Source of the DNA: Seison nebaliae
Taxonomy: Eukaryota
Assembly: GCA_023231475.1 (NCBI GenBank)
Contig: JALJEE010002328.1
Coordinates: 124,001-169,651 of the forward strand
Direction: 5' to 3'
DNA: 45,651 nt
The translations under genes were made by a program, and so were the position numbers. Below the pieces are notes generated by a model. That model did not search any database. It had not been told where the DNA came from and saw nothing but the letters and a program-made list of their open reading frames with translations. Below are positions 13,960 through 25,751 of the stretch, piece after piece. The number at the start of each line of letters is the position of its first letter. Within the stretch, counting starts at the first letter, position 1.

Positions 13960-14694
13960 TTATTTTTTCGTTGTCTCTTCCGTAAATTCTTGTGCGATTG
14001 ATAAAATAGAATTAACTTTTAATTGTAATTGTTTCATTTCATTCACATAAAGCATTCTCAATAATTTTCCTCCAACTTCCACATTCTTATTATTGATTCG
14101 GAATCCTAAAGGAATTCCATCCAACGAACTACTGTCGAGAATTGTTGAAAGATTTCTTTTAGCGATGTCGCTAAATTTAGGCATCTTATTCTCTTCTTCC
14201 GATTTGTCGATGGAGTGGAACTTATCAAACTTTTTTAAAGTTTCTTCCGTCATATGTTCACGAAGAATCCGTTCGACAATTTCCAAATTTTTCAGATGAT
14301 CGTCACTAATGAATTTTATTCCAATTAACTTCTCTACTTCTTGGAAAAATGATTCGAGTTCTTGAGAAGAAATATGTTGAAACTTCGACATTTCCTGTTG
14401 TCGATCATGATTTTTGTATCTAATGGCAGCTGATAAGACCCAGTCGATGATATGGACACGATTATCATGGAATGGACTGAATTGAAAGGGGCATAAATTA
14501 TGTTGTAGATACTCGTTCAGATGTACCCATTTAGACGTGCGCAAAGAGATCATAAGATTTCGTCTATCCTCTTCATTATATCGTCGAATATAATTCTCTT
14601 CACAAAATATAATAATATCTATGAAATTTTTATCATTTGCTAAATTGATGTTGTCGTATTGGGAATATTTAAGAAATTTGAGTCTACGATCCAT
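13960..14694 (-). CDS. RTRAF: RNA transcription, translation and transport factor (C14orf166/CGI-99, tRNA ligase complex subunit)
   Basis: MDRRLKFLKY, EENYIRRYNEEDRRNL, CPF, IDWVLSAAIR, LGF, KLLRMLYVNEMKQLQLKVNSILSIAQ match the family pattern as I recall it. Confidence 0.88.
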   Translation of the reverse strand: MDRRLKFLKYSQYDNINLANDKNFIDIIIFCEENYIRRYNEEDRRNLMISLRTSKWVHLNEYLQHNLCPFQFSPFHDNRVHIIDWVLSAAIRYKNHDRQQEMSKFQHISSQELESFFQEVEKLIGIKFISDDHLKNLEIVERILREHMTEETLKKFDKFHSIDKSEEENKMPKFSDIAKRNLSTILDSSSLDGIPLGFRINNKNVEVGGKLLRMLYVNEMKQLQLKVNSILSIAQEFTEETTKK

Positions 14695-14709
14695 TGTTTT
14701 TTTGAGCTT

Positions 14710-15090
14710 ATGTCTTCAACTTTCACACAGAAAATTAAGAGACAATTGAAATTTCCTAATTCCCCATTCTACCTTTGTCATGACAACGGTGATATCATTT
14801 ACGGTGACTTATCAATACGTATGTTAAACATGACGTCAAAATTGAACTGGTATTTAAAAGAACAGAAGATAAACATCAATCAACAAAAATCATATCTAAC
14901 GCAATTGAAAGACTTACTAACTAAAGGCAACATCGTCTGGGAGAATGAAGATCGAAAAGTTTTAGATTGGTTAAATAAAATGGAAAGTCGTAGTGGCTCT
15001 GGTACTGAAGAGACAACAAAATTATTTGAAAATGCAAATCAATTATACTATGAAATTGAAAAAACAAATCGGGTGGATAATTTATTATAA
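14710..15090 (+). CDS. Hypothetical 126-aa protein, head-to-head with RTRAF
   Basis: ATG at 14710, protein-like composition, fills the gap between two genes, aataaa just downstream. No recognised domain. Confidence 0.55.
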   Translation: MSSTFTQKIKRQLKFPNSPFYLCHDNGDIIYGDLSIRMLNMTSKLNWYLKEQKININQQKSYLTQLKDLLTKGNIVWENEDRKVLDWLNKMESRSGSGTEETTKLFENANQLYYEIEKTNRVDNLL

Positions 15091-15121
15091 TTCTTCGTTT
15101 TTTTTTAAAAATAAATTCCTG

Positions 15122-16537
15122 TTACCAACGATCCCAACTTTTCACAGTTTTTTTACTCTCCTTTGAAAGACGTGATGATCTTCCTAATTTGTCACTTCCA
15201 AATATTGCACTTAATGAAATACGATTCTTTGCTAAATCATCTTGAAATGCTTGCGCATGTGATCGAACAGTTTGGGGACTTCTCGCTGATCTTACAAACT
15301 TTCCAGCTTTATCCTTTCGAATAACTGACGAGAGTCTCTGATCTTCTGGTTTCAAATCATTCTTATGTTTCAACCAATTAATAAATGGATGTTTTCTTGA
15401 TCTTTTTCCACCTTTCAATTCAAGAACTAATTGAATATATCCTTATGGTATAAATGTTAAATAATTTCTAACCATTTCTCACAATTAATCCCATCACTAA
15501 AACGAGAATTATACATAATACGAACGTTATTACATAAATAATTTTTTCAGCACATTCTTTTACTGAATCGAAATGATCTTTCCTGTATTCTCGATCAAAG
15601 TGAGTAACTGATTTTTCAACATTTTTGTCATTATTTAATTTATTCCAAAAAATTCTTCGATAATAATCTGATTTCTCTCCTAATAATAATGATGCTGAAA
15701 AATAATTATTTGAATTTCCACTACAATTTAATTGAAAATAGGAAATAAACGATTGCAGTAAGAACATACAAAATGATGAGAATATCCTGGTCTATAATTT
15801 CCTCCCGATTCAAATGCACATAGATCTCCATGTGACGCTTTTGAACAATAAACTTCGTCATGACTCTCCTGTTTCACATGAAAAATGTTTCCTCTAATCA
15901 AATCTTTTTTATCGAATATTCGACAAATTAACAAATTATCATTCGGAATTGATGGTGAGTGAAAAGTAATTCTACAATTTCCTTCAAAGATTGCCTTGAA
16001 ATTTTAAAAGAATATGAGTGAACCTCTTTGACAGTTACTTTCGTCTAATTCAAAATTTTCCATTTTCCTTTGGGGTGTCATATAACGAATGGAGTTATGG
16101 TAAATTTCGAATTCCAATAATGTTTCTAATCTTCCGTATGAATCTACCCATTTCTCCCATTTCCCCACCAATTTTCTTCCGGAAGAAATGAAGAAGAATG
16201 GACAATCTACAACTAATCTAGCGATATTTTTTTCTAAATATAAAGTGTCAACTAAATGAGTTGAATTTCGAGAAAGAGTTAAATGTTTTGAAAAGAATTT
16301 ATTAGAAATATTTTAGTTAACAAACATTAAACCAATTTTACTGTCCATCTCTGGACCAAACAAAATGGAGAAGTCTTCTTCTTCGTCACAATTCGCTTCA
16401 TTTGACATCAACATGGGAACTTGTTCACCGAATCCTGGTAGTTTTATTTGGTCAGCACATTTCCCAGTAACTTTCAATGAGAATTGACAAATTATTAGAA
16501 GAATGTATAGTGAATTGAGCGCACAATCTACCATCAT
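15122..16537 (-). CDS. Five-exon orphan type I membrane protein (signal peptide, Cys-containing ectodomain, one TM helix, basic tail)
   Basis: ORF pieces 16313-16540, about 16025-16251, 15728-15934, 15468-15767 and 15122-15418 join in phase through four GTT...AG introns. N-terminus MMVDCALNSLYILLIICQFSLKVTG; TM helix IIYVITFVLCIILVLVMGLIV. Confidence 0.65.
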
Positions 16538-18097
16538 CAATGAATCAATTCCTCAAATTCTTTACAATTTTCTCCATTCCAAATAAATTTTCTCCTATCA
16601 AAAGTTTGATGAAATTCTCGTAAATCCTTTTCAAATATACGCCGATTTTTCCCATAACAAATTAATCGTTTCACTATTTGCTTCTCCGTATTGTACAAAG
16701 CGATTTTTGGATATAATTCTGGGTAGACCAATCGATTAGGACATAATGGCAATAGTCCCAACAAAACACTTTCCATCATACTAATTCCAAAGAATTCATG
16801 ATTTGACGTACTCAAAACACAATGTGATGTTTTTAATAATCTGTAATAATCATTCTTCTCTTCCAAGAAACCGAATGTATCGATTAAATCAGGAAAATGT
16901 TTTTTCATATCTTCGAATATCTCTGAAAAAGGAAAATGGAAAGAATATTAATTTCAGTTTTATCATAAAACATTAATAAGGAAATATTTTTTAATCCATC
17001 AGTTATTTTAAATCGAATTGATTTGAACTCATTGAATTCGACGACTTTTAAGTAAATCAACAACATTATCTGAATTCTGCTATTTACCAGAAGTTTATTT
17101 CGAAATTCTTAAGAATCATCTTCATTCTCAGTATTAGCATGGCAAATGTCATCATTGGATAAGAGAAAATCACATTCTCTTGATAAAATAAATAAAAAAT
17201 TCGATTAACCGAACTTGGAATTTGTGAGAAGGACTTGCCAATAACATGGAATCGTAATAATCGTACATCGTCTCCCATTTTAGATTTACATAATTCTAAA
17301 ATATGATACAATGATTCTGGATTCTTATCATGTTCCCATCGATGTGCCCAAATTATATGAAATTCTTTTTCTGATTTTCCCAAATTCAATAAACTCATTT
17401 CTTTTGGAATTTTTATTGGAATATAGAAAATCGATGAATGTTCTTCAATTTTTTTAATAATTTCATTCGTATTCTTCGGTCGACATGTCGATGGAAATTT
17501 ATTGATAAATCGAGAAATATTCTCAATGAAGGATGATCGATTGAAATGGGAATTGAAGAGAATTTTATCAGCAACTAAACTAAAATTGAATTATCATTAA
17601 AAAATTATGTAAAAATATAAAGAAATCGAACCAACTAATTATTTGATTATAAGAGTATTGGATATCTCTCTCTTGAAGTTTGTTTGTTGGAAAGATCAAT
17701 TGATTTTCATGAAAGTAAATAATCGATTTAAAATCATCATTCAAAATATTTTTGTTGATTAGTGAATATAATTCACTTAAATTAGAATCAGATGTTACAA
17801 TTAATCGACTAAAATAATAATAATTGTTCAACATATTTGAGAATAGAGAAGAAACCTTAATTTCTTCTTATTTTCCAAGTATGATTCATTAATGATTTGA
17901 CTGATCATTAATGAAGACACTCTGGAATGCCAATGCCATTTCTTCTCTGACAAAAGAAAAGAACTGAAAACATCTTTATGAAAACATTCGGAGATTGTCC
18001 GAAGAAATTGACGGTGGGAAATTGAGGGAGAGATATCGATAAACAAAATTTTTTTAGGTTCTATATCAACAGATGACGATGATGATAAACTTGACAT
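16537..18097 (-). CDS. GTDC1: Glycosyltransferase-like domain-containing 1 / tRNA-queuosine alpha-mannosyltransferase, 4 exons
   Basis: KKWHWHSRVSSL, IYFHENQLIFP, YSYNQIISCLVADKILFNSHFN, HIIWAHRWEHDKNPE, STSNHEFFGISMMESV, PLCPNRLVYPELYP. Introns 17809-17855, 17580-17631 and 16923-17214 restore the frame. Confidence 0.93.
16994..17160 (-). ncRNA. Intronic box C/D snoRNA, mgU6-53 (SNORD8/SNORD9)-like, predicted guide for 2'-O-methylation of U6 A53
   Basis: Terminal stem atcca/tggat; box C ATGATGA (17155-17149); guide GCCATGCTAAT (17143-17133), complementary to U6 AUUAGCAUGGC; box D' CTGA (17131-17128); box D CTGA (17002-16999). It lies in the only long GTDC1 intron. Confidence 0.85.
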
Positions 18098-18196
18098 GAA
18101 AATACCTAATTGAGAATCAAATACACAAATGATGATTAAATTAATTATTATCGACCGGAATTTAATTTGATTTTATGAGAATTTTATCAATGAAAA

Positions 18197-18928
18197 TCAA
18201 ATTCGATTATGGACATTTTCCATAATTCTTTTTTTCTTCATTTCTAAAAGATTTTTGACGATGTCATCGCTATTATTTTTATATTGATTTATTGAATTCA
18301 TTTCTTTTAATCTCCTCCTTTTCTTCTCGTCCATTATGTCACAAAAAGCGATATTAGATGATGATCCGATGAGAGAATCGATCAATTCTTTCTTCCACGA
18401 TAGATTACTTTTCGTAGTAATGGATAAATTAAATTCGATTGATTTAAATGTTGAATCAGATGGAATATCTTTCGAATGGATTGCATCATCAAATAAATGT
18501 CGTATAATAATATTTTCATTTGGAGACAATTCTGTTTCATACGGAATCTTTTCCATTTGATCAAGAGAATTGGAAATGAAGAGTGAAGTGATATCGGTTG
18601 CTTCAACTCTTATTATTAGAATGTTACTACTGAACAACAAAGGTAAAAGTGAACAAAATTGTCCGATATCAACTTTCTCTCGATCGTTCACATACCATCC
18701 AATAAATTTTTCATCTTTGTGAATTTGTTGATAAAGTGCTATTGATCTTTTCACATATTCCTCCTCCAACTTCTCTCCTTGATTATTCTCCAGAAGTGGA
18801 ACGACATGTTCTACCGTTAATACATTCTCCTCCTCCTTTCCCAATAACAATCCAATGACACTTTTATAGTGCGATTGGTCTTCTGAAAAGGTGAGTAAAA
18901 TTTGAAGATTGAAAACACATTTATCCAT
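18197..18928 (-). CDS. Non-catalytic MPN (Mov34) domain protein, CSN6-like or eIF3f-like
   Basis: VIGLLLGKEEENVLTVEHVVPL and YQQIHKDEKFIGWY, with no JAMM HxH motif. IPYETELSPNENIIIRHL resembles the post-MPN segment of CSN6. Confidence 0.75.
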   Translation of the reverse strand: MDKCVFNLQILLTFSEDQSHYKSVIGLLLGKEEENVLTVEHVVPLLENNQGEKLEEEYVKRSIALYQQIHKDEKFIGWYVNDREKVDIGQFCSLLPLLFSSNILIIRVEATDITSLFISNSLDQMEKIPYETELSPNENIIIRHLFDDAIHSKDIPSDSTFKSIEFNLSITTKSNLSWKKELIDSLIGSSSNIAFCDIMDEKKRRRLKEMNSINQYKNNSDDIVKNLLEMKKKRIMENVHNRI

Positions 18929-19214
18929 TCTAGAAAGAAAGATACAGGAATAAATTTCAACTGTACATCGACAAGAATTGTCGTCAAGCTTATAATTTGA
19001 AAGTTTTCTTTCTCATAATGAAAATTATCAGAAATTATCAAATAAAAATGTCCAATAATTAGGCAACCTACGACTTTGTTTATAAATAAATTTCTTCATT
19101 CTTTAATTATGTTACTTATTTCTGCACAATAATTTTTATGAATTTCCAAAAGGCAAATTCTCCATCAAATAAACGTTATATGAAAATCGACCATAATCAA
19201 ACAACAAAAAAATT

Positions 19215-20067
19215 ATGAATTGGGTAGGAAAATTTATAGGACCCCACAAATTGATTGATCGTACTGTGGAACAAGATAAAGTAGATGATTTGAGAAAGAC
19301 AATTGATCGATATATTACAGAGAAATATCCAACTAAATTCTTTCCGAAGCATGTGATCAATGATGAAAATTGTAAACGATTCCTTTTAAGTAAGAATAGT
19401 GATTATAGTGAAGGTGAGAAGAAGATGATTGCACACATTGACTGGAGAATAGAATACGGTGTGGAAAGCATTCCTAAGAAATATGAAGCGACTTTAAACA
19501 AACAACACAATTTAGGAAAGGCAATTTTATTAGACCAACGTGATTCATCGGGAAGGTTCTTCATTTAGTATTCCTATTCTTAACAAGCCATTTCTTAGAC
19601 CACTAATTTATGTAAAGAGTAGTTACCATTTCCCAACTGATCAAACACTACTAGATATGGAACGTTTTATAATTAATCTTTTTGTTCGTTAAATTATCGT
19701 ATTTTATTATATTTTTTACCTTTTTCAACAGGAGCAGTGTAATGCGTTAGACGACGGACATGTTGATAAAGGAAGTTTGATATTGGATATGAAGGATATA
19801 AGTTATGCAAACGTCGATTATCAAACTCTCAAAAGTTTGTTGTGGTTGATAATGGAACAATATCCGGAGAGATTGTATAAATGTTTCATTCTCAATCCAG
19901 GAGTCTTATTCACAATCGTTTGGAAGACTGTTCGACCCTGGATGGACCAGTACACGGCTGCAAAAGTGATTATTGTAAAAAATGAAACGGAATACTTCAC
20001 TCATGAAACTATGAAACAATTGAAACAATTGGAAAGCAACAAGCGCATGGTCATCGTTCGTGCATGA
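19215..20067 (+). CDS. CRAL-TRIO/Sec14 lipid-binding protein, 3 exons
   Basis: CKRFLLSK, HIDWRIEYGV, DSSGRPLIYV, ILDMKDISYANVD, EQYPERLYKCFILNPG, WKTVRPWMDQYTAAKV. Introns 19556-19598 and 19684-19731. Start codon uncertain. Confidence 0.88.
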
Positions 20068-23000
20068 TGCGAATTGGGGAAATGTCAAGTCATTTCTATT
20101 TATTTTTCTTCCGGCCTCCGAAATTTTATATATGTCTGTGAATGTTCAACCCATCCCTTCTAATACACCCCGTAGATAATGTTGATATAAATATAAATTA
20201 ACTTACTCATATTGTAAATGATATGGTAAAATAGTTGTTCAAAGGACAACTTCCTATGCAGGGAAACTTTAGAAATGAATGTACTATTTTATTTTTCGAA
20301 TAAAATTTGAAATTGAAATTCTTTTTAAATAATTTTAACGTATTTAATTAGTTATTCTTTTTTCATTTAGTGAAATATGAGATATGATCGTTAAGGTCGT
20401 TCAAATTTATTATTCAAAGATTGAACTTTATAATTTAATGATTCAATTTCTCAAAAGGTTATCACCAAACATTTACAGAAGTTTACTAATCTAATTTTTC
20501 TGTTACTGATTTCTGACTCGATAATACTCAAAATTACTATTTCTTTATAATATATTTAGATATTTACAATATTAGTTTAGATATTTTTTTTTAAATTAAT
20601 TATTTATCATCTACTTTGTTACTGATTCCTCGTATTAGTCTCATCTCATTCATCTTTTTAATTGTGATATATCTTAATTTTATGTTCATATTTATTATAA
20701 GTGAAGAGAAATTATGAAAAACAGAAGCAATATAAATCCATTATTCTAAATGAATAAGAAGCTTCAGTATTGAACAGAATAATTCGTTCCATCAACTTTA
20801 ATTACTTTATTCAATTATAATGAAAAATATGCAAAATACTTATCGATTTATTAATTCTTTTATTAATAATATGTGCATCAAAAGTATTATTCGTTATTCT
20901 TTTCTCTACTGTAAATTCAAGTACTTATACATAATTATAATCGTCATTATAACGAATATAAAGAAATAGTAGAATAGGACGAATCGACTATATAGAATAA
21001 TAGAAAGAAATTTATATGAATTCAATTCACATACATATAAATAAACTTGCAGGAAGTTTTTCCAACGAACATTGCCTTCCTTTGCATTTCCAATATCCTA
21101 CTCTCAATTGCTTTAAAAAGACGATTAATAATATACAGAATACATAACATGCATGCTTCAACATATGCAAAATTCTAGGTGCACGACCATTATCTGATAA
21201 TTGGGTGTCGAAAGAAATCTTACATCTCCTCATTTTAATGGGAGGAGAAAATATAATTCCATTCTCTCCCACTCTACAACAGATAATGACTCATTATTTT
21301 TCTTCTATGTAAAACGGATGATAAATTATTAAAATTGTTATATGTTCCCACTCCTCATTTTTGTATATTTATATAGAAATGTGAAACGAAAGAGATCATT
21401 CTCGATAACACACACATAGACATTTTGTAATTCCACGTGTATTATGCATGTAAGAGAATAAATATAAAAGTTGGTAGATACGGTTTACACGAAAGAAATA
21501 ATTCGAAATCCATTATATACGTAGAAAGATAATAAATACGTATAATGTACGTATACATCGTGTCTTTATGTTGTACATATATCTATTGTTTTGAAGATAA
21601 ATTGGATTTTTTCTTATTCTTCTTGTACGTCTCATTCATGTAGATGAGACGATAAATAGAAAGAGAAATAGTTATGTCAATTAATTCATTTATTTATTTT
21701 ATTAATTTCTCAACAATAAAATAATTGTAAATAAGTATGTACAAGTTATTAACATGAAATAAATAAATAATGGTCGTCATAAATAGGGAGAGGAGTAGAT
21801 GGTTAATAAACATTTGAATGACGTGGTTGCCACTTACATGTTAAATAGGAAAAAGAGAATTTTTTTCTAAATTAGGCCTAAAGTCCATGTGAAATAGAAA
21901 AAGAATAATAGAACAGGAAAATGTGAAATAATTGACGATGTGGCATGTTCGTTCGGTAGAGAAAAATATATATATTTTTTCTCTTTCCTGTAACGAATAT
22001 TGCTTTTTCTTTATTTTACATTTCGCACTTGGTGTACATTTTTTTTTCATTCATTTTTTACTTCGTTCGTCGCCCGGTTTTCTTCACTCTCATACCATTT
22101 TTTCTATCGTTCCTTATCTAATCTATTATTCATTATCTTCCCTTTGCCAAATATTTACACATGCACGTGTATTTGTCCCGTTGATTGTAGTTGTATACAG
22201 TGGATATGTGTGTATACTTTGAAATAAGATAACGTTTTTGTTATACATATTTCAGTTTAACATAAATTTCAACAATTACAGATTTCTTTTAGTTTCTTTT
22301 CTTTCGCTGTTGTTCGTCTGTTGCGGTGATGATTATCACAATGATCATGAAGATGTTTAATTATTATTGGAGAAGAAAATAAGTTTCTCAATTTCTTATT
22401 TTCCATTATTAATGTTAATAAATAAAATGTGTTTCCCTTTCGAAATTATTAAGTGTTTAAGCTCTCCATAAGAAACGTGTATGTACTTAGTGATATGTAT
22501 ACCGTTTTATAAAATTAATCATTTTTATCTATGTCTATTCAACAATAAATTTATTTCCAATATGTTTAAGTAGAAAAAATAATAATTTTCCTCAATACAT
22601 CTTCTAGTAGTAATTGTTAAGAGACGATTCGTTAGAAAAAGTGAAATTGGAGAAAATTTCTTTATATGTATTCACCTTTCATTCATTTGTTATGCGTATA
22701 GAATTAGTGATCGATTGTCACGGAGGAGAGATTTGATATGTATTGATAGAAGAGTAACAACTAACGAATACACGAGAGATTTCAATTAAATCATCCTACA
22801 AATATGTGGAGATGTGATTGGAGGGAGAAATAAATCTACAAATTAGGAGTAATTTGAAAAAAGTTAAATAGAGAAAAAACATTTATTGTCTTATACGACC
22901 ATTATAGTAATGAATAATGTCCATCCTTTCATAAAAGAGCGAAGGTATCCGTTCCTAATTTATTTTCCGAAAACAAAATTTAGGAGATTGTTGTTGACCA

Positions 23001-24023
23001 TGTGTCGGTCAATTAACAATTAATTGATAGTGATCTCCCATTATAATTAGAGAAATTAAGGATGTTTTGGGCGTAAAAATTGAAAGGTGATAGATTGATT
23101 GGAGATAAATATTTTCAATCGCCTTTCTACTCTATCAATATTTTCTTCTACTCTTATCTATTTCATTATTGGTATGTAATATCTTATTAAAGCAAATTGT
23201 TATTAAATATCATGTTGTTTTATTATCGATATTCATTTGTGAATCTATTTTGTATTTTCACTTTAATTGATTTAGCTCGACTTCTCAGGGATATTCTTTA
23301 TCCTACTGAATAGTTTTTTTTTCTTTGGGAAATTGAAAGAAGCGAATTCATTTATTTTCTATTTCAACCAATTTAATGTTTATCAAAAGAAAATAATGAA
23401 TTTCTAAGTGCCATGTCGGATATTTGTTGATTGTAAAAGAAATTCGTTGTTTGATATATCAATGAAAATGTTGTTGACATTCACAAAGATTTGGAAAGAG
23501 GGACTTTCAATTACAATTTTTTATATTGTAAAATTGGAATTAATATGAATCTTCCACTTCTTTTCACTTTTCACATAATTGTTCTTCAACAGTTTCTTCA
23601 GTTGTTTTTTTCCATTATTCGTCAATTCAGTGGAAGAAGTATTTGTTTTAATAAAAGTCGTTTTCATCTCAATTTCTTTTATTTTTGTTTTATTCAATTA
23701 AATTATTGTAATTCTACTTTATTCTTTACAATTCAGATAAACTTCTTATTAACATTTTCCTTTTAATTTTTGAATGACAATAAGTTGTCTTCAATGAATT
23801 GAAAGTAGTCATAAACTAACAATTCCATCTCTTTTTAATCTTCAACGGTAAATGGGGGAAGTATTATAATTGAAGAAATTGAATGAGAACGAAAACTCGT
23901 TAGAAATATATAGAGATTGTGTTCGATACAAAACTTAAATGAATAAAAAATCAACAAATCAGTGAAATTTAGAACAGTCAGCCAGTTTGTTAAGATCATT
24001 TACAGAGGAATTGTTGGAATTAA

Positions 24024-25751
24024 ATGGATACGTGTGTATCGAACTCATGCAATTCCACAATTATCTGTTCCAATAATCTCTCAATGGCTGTCGATTATAA
24101 TGACACACCATCTCCAACTTTTTCACCAGAAACTAGTGGAATGAAGAGACGAGCTTTTACAGTTATTCCCGATTCATGTTTACAAGAAGCCAAACGTCGG
24201 AGGGAAGTCGATGATAAGAATCTCGTTCCGTCGCCTGATTCCTTACCGTCGATTGAGAGTAAACTGACAGAAGACCATCAATCATCAAATGAGAATGGTA
24301 ACGATAATTCATCATCTCCAAATATCATTGCAGAAGATTCAGTTAATTCAATTGAATATTCAATGGACGAAGAAGATGAGAGGAAATTTGATAAAGAAGT
24401 AAATGATGAAAATTATCATCAATCTTTTATGGAGAACAATGAAAATAATGATGATGAGAATGACGATAAGGAAAAATTTTATCAAATAGATGAACCTCGT
24501 CCAATGAGTCTAGATCCATCGATTCCATTATATAATCGGAAGAAATTATTGAGCAACTTCCGAGAAGAAACATTTGAGAATTTATTGAGTATTACAGGTA
24601 AACGATTTCTTCCAAATAATTATAAGAAATCATTCCATCAACCACAAATATTGGAAGCTGATGAATCATCTTCTTTTCATGATAAACATGACGTGCGAAT
24701 AATTGAAAACCTTCTATCAGAATTGATAACGGATATCGATGGAATGATGGAAATTGAAAATCATACATTAATTACATCAAGTCATCTGATTCAACTCACT
24801 GATCAAAAAGTGAATCAAAAAAATAATCGATCAAGAGGAAAAATAAGTGGAATTAGTAGCAATTCGAGAAATGGATCCGTGTCTAAAAAATCGAATATGA
24901 AGTCGACAGTTGCCTCCTCCTCATCGTCAACAAATATGTCGTCACCAAATCAACAACAAAACACACTATTGCCACCGGAAAATATAATGTATAAATATTA
25001 TCGATGTGGAAAGCAACAACATAATTTGTCGCTTTATGACTTAACGGAGAATTTGAACGATTTATTACAGAAAGAACAATTATTGAGAATAGCAAATTTG
25101 GATGATGAAATGGGAAGTGATTGTGAAGAGTTGGTGAATGAGGATCAAGAGACCTTGGATCATCCAAATTCGATAAAACAATCAATTCCTCTCTACAAGA
25201 CTCGACCTTATTGTATTCACACGTGTTTGAACATCCTTCCTCAACAAGCATTCCGTCACGGAGAAAATCGATTGATTGGTGCCACACAATTGAATAATCC
25301 GAATTGGCTACAAGAATCCTCAATTTATAACGCGTCAAGAAACTCTTTACATTCATCCAAATTAATGATCGATTTACAGATAGAAAATTTAGAAAACGAA
25401 ATAAAATCTTATAAGTCGCCACATCAAAGTCGACCGAAATTATTCAAATCTTTAAGTAAAAACGTTCGACGTTTCGATCGTTTCATTAGTCGTCAATTGT
25501 CGAATAGAAACGTGAAAGGCAATTGTTCGTCCACTTCGGGGATGTCGACAACCGTTCATTTAAGGACAACACAACATCCATTTGAGAATACGTCATTAAT
25601 TGGAGAAAACGTCTCAATACCATCCTCCTCCTCCTCCTCCTCCTCTACATTACAACAGACATTCAGTGAAGCATCTCGGTCAACTTCTTCATCATTGTCA
25701 TCATCTTCACTTGTACAACAAACGAAAGAAGAAAATTCTTCCACCACTTGA
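24024..25751 (+). CDS. 575-aa intronless protein, mostly acidic/Ser-rich low complexity, function unknown
   Basis: Long ORF in very AT-rich DNA, with possible NLS-like MKRR...AKRRR. No domain recognised. Confidence 0.75.
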   Translation: MDTCVSNSCNSTIICSNNLSMAVDYNDTPSPTFSPETSGMKRRAFTVIPDSCLQEAKRRREVDDKNLVPSPDSLPSIESKLTEDHQSSNENGNDNSSSPNIIAEDSVNSIEYSMDEEDERKFDKEVNDENYHQSFMENNENNDDENDDKEKFYQIDEPRPMSLDPSIPLYNRKKLLSNFREETFENLLSITGKRFLPNNYKKSFHQPQILEADESSSFHDKHDVRIIENLLSELITDIDGMMEIENHTLITSSHLIQLTDQKVNQKNNRSRGKISGISSNSRNGSVSKKSNMKSTVASSSSSTNMSSPNQQQNTLLPPENIMYKYYRCGKQQHNLSLYDLTENLNDLLQKEQLLRIANLDDEMGSDCEELVNEDQETLDHPNSIKQSIPLYKTRPYCIHTCLNILPQQAFRHGENRLIGATQLNNPNWLQESSIYNASRNSLHSSKLMIDLQIENLENEIKSYKSPHQSRPKLFKSLSKNVRRFDRFISRQLSNRNVKGNCSSTSGMSTTVHLRTTQHPFENTSLIGENVSIPSSSSSSSSTLQQTFSEASRSTSSSLSSSSLVQQTKEENSSTT

